Shown: piece by piece, positions 62,013 to 64,000 of the stretch | How the letters are laid out: each line of letters begins with the position of its first letter | Position numbering within the stretch: position 1 is the first letter of the stretch | Source of the DNA: Octopus sinensis | Lineage: Eukaryota | Assembly: GCF_006345805.1 (NCBI RefSeq) | Contig: NC_043005.1 | Span: 56,048,001-56,112,000 of the forward strand | Reading direction: 5' to 3' | DNA: 64,000 nucleotides | Translations under genes and position numbers: made by a program | The notes under the pieces: model-generated | Seen by the model: only the letters and a program-made list of their open reading frames with translations | Database searches by the model: none | What the model was told of the DNA's origin: nothing

Positions 62013-62053
62013 TCTTCCTTGCTTGGACGCTTTCTTACCTTCTCCCATCAGAG
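62013..62053 (+). CDS. Candidate exon (41 nt)
   Basis: Acceptor gttaagtttcag, strong donor GAG/gtaagc. Open in all three frames, so the frame cannot be assigned. Confidence 0.25.
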
Positions 62054-62841
62054 GTAAGCAATTATGTATTCACTAAACTCTCTTCCATTCACATGTCTAA
62101 ACCAGACAAGAAGTGTTATCATCTCTTCTACATACTATCAACTTGTGATGTTTTTGTTGCCGAAATTGATTTCTCAATTAAAATTAAAATTCAACCAGTT
62201 AAGATGTGCATATCTAATTCATCTTTAATCACTGTAGTTGAACCAGCAAAGGAGTGTCTGAGGCACCATTCAATGTGCTAGAAATAGCAGGTAAATTTTG
62301 TTTGAGATCATACCCTATTATTACAAAAGAAAAGTGTGTATAGGAGTGGAATGGGATAATGTAGTCAAATTACTGTCTGGAAAGGAGATGGTAATGTCAT
62401 AGCTGGAACATCTTTGATTATAAGCCTGTTCACTCAGCGCTGACTTGCAGCTAACTAAACAACATTAAGAAATAAAAAATCAATGTAAATCCTGTGTATT
62501 ACTCCCCTTCTTTCAATGCCACTTCTTGTTTGTTGTGTTGTTTTTTTGTTTGTTTGGCAATCAACCCTTTCTCAAGAATGGAGATAATAATTCTCTAAAC
62601 AATTTTCATCTCTCTCAAACCTCATTAATTATGCTGTCACTAACTTCATGTATTACTGAGAACTTTGCCTGCTATGAGTCAGTGGAGTCTCTATTAAAGT
62701 TGGAGATGGTACATCTGTAGTTAAAAGATATGTCGTCACCCCTTTGCCTTTCTATTAATTTGGTAGGGATAAAATTCCAGAATGCTGCTGTTCATCTTGA
62801 ATCAAGCAAAATCTTTAGTGCAGGGTTTGGTGGATGAAGTA

Positions 62842-63736
62842 TACGAGGGGGTACCTAAAAGAAGCTGGAATATTGCAGTATTATTCTATTCACTTAGTTT
62901 TACATGTTGACACTTTTACCGCCTTCAAAGGAGTTTCCATTTGAAGCAATGCATCAGTCCAGATACGTTTTCTACTGTTGGAAGCATTGCTGCAACTCTT
63001 GCGAAGTGATACTTTTTAATGCCTCTATTGTTTTTTATTCACCCCTTCCACATTTGCAAATTCTGTAGCACCAGCTTTCGTCACCAATGATGACCTTTGA
63101 AAAAAGGTCAGGATCAACTTCTAGCTGTTCTTTCAGTTCATGACCCACATTCATTTGTGACTGCTATTGATCTTCCGCGAGCAAGCAAGGCACAAATTTT
63201 GTTGCAACTCTTTTCATTTGTAATTCCTCACTCAAAATTTGGTAGCAGGAGCTCCAGGACACACCAGTCATATTAACAAGTTTGTCAATTGTTCAGTGAT
63301 GGTCCTCTGAGATCATTCATGAATTTTCATGCTTTCATTCGCTTGAACGGTCAATCGTGGCCCTGAATGAGGTTGGTCCTTAAGTAACAAGTGACCATTC
63401 CTAAAGTGTGAAAACCACTCAAAAGCTTGTTTTGCTCCTGGCAATGTCCTTGTAACCTGTTTGAAGCATGACAACAGTTTTGGCCATTTTCCCCAGCAGA
63501 AAGCAGAATTTCATGGAAACAGACTGTTCCTTCATTTCAGCCATTGCAATAATCGAACAGGGGAGAAGCACTGCAAAACAGATGCACTACGTGGCAGTAC
63601 TTCATCACTAGATGACACTGGTTGGCATACTGATGCCTGAGGGTCGCATCAAGTGGCTTCTAGCTGTAGAAGCCTGAATTACCATGGGCTTGTCCCACAG
63701 AGAACGTTTCCGGTTACTTTTGGGTACCCCCTTGTA
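62842..63736 (-). mobile_element. Internally deleted mariner element with both TIRs
   Basis: TIRs TACGAGGGGGTACCTAAAAGAAGCTGGAA / reverse complement TACAAGGGGGTACCCAAAAGTAACCGGAA (24/29) with TA ends. The minus strand encodes KFCFLLGK..., ILSEELQMKRVATKFVPCLL, SKVIIGDESWCY, then jumps to ELQQCFQQ*...CIASNGNSFEG; the catalytic middle is deleted. Confidence 0.9.
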
Positions 63737-64000
63737 ATAGAGATGAGTAGAACAAAAGCATGTTAATCAGGTGCTAAGATACAGCATGCTGCTTGATAGT
63801 TCAGTAAGAAGATATAATGCAACAATGGGCTCGTGGTTGTTGCATGTTGTTCCATAAACCTCTGCCATCCATGTGGCTGCCTTGTATTTGGACACAGTGT
63901 AGGATATTTATGGGTTCATGTGATCCACTAGTGCAGTTCTTTATATGAAACACTGGTCAGAGCTGAAATATTTTGCAGGTCCTAAAAATAAAGCCTAGCA

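Overview
AT-rich, microsatellite-dense eukaryotic DNA, almost entirely non-coding. The repeat landscape suggests a coleoid cephalopod, most likely Octopus (inference from tRNA-derived SINEs, RTE/CR1 LINE ends and abundant (TA)n/(CA)n/(TAA)n/(CAT)n; not a database match). There is no complete gene. The ORF track is essentially microsatellite read-through and decayed transposon fragments. Supportable content: (i) several SINE families in dozens of copies, one with a constant tRNA-like head joined through an internal microsatellite to either of two 3' modules; (ii) decayed coding remnants of RTE, CR1, R4/Dong-like and Penelope (GIY-YIG) retroelements, and three Tc1/mariner transposases; (iii) MITEs with visible TIRs or TSDs (hAT-, piggyBac- and mariner/pogo-type); (iv) a few isolated + strand exon candidates (best 49165-49238; also an 8-nt microexon candidate at 25734-25741), suggesting the window lies inside a large-intron gene that I cannot identify. 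The most unusual signal is three unrelated 170-325 bp non-coding cassettes, each embedded in TA-rich microsatellite and each carrying a degenerate hammerhead-ribozyme-like core. They may be Penelope-derived or retrozyme-like non-autonomous elements, and a Penelope endonuclease remnant lies in the same window. SINE/LINE boundaries are approximate (about +/-10-20 bp) unless TSDs or TIRs are quoted.
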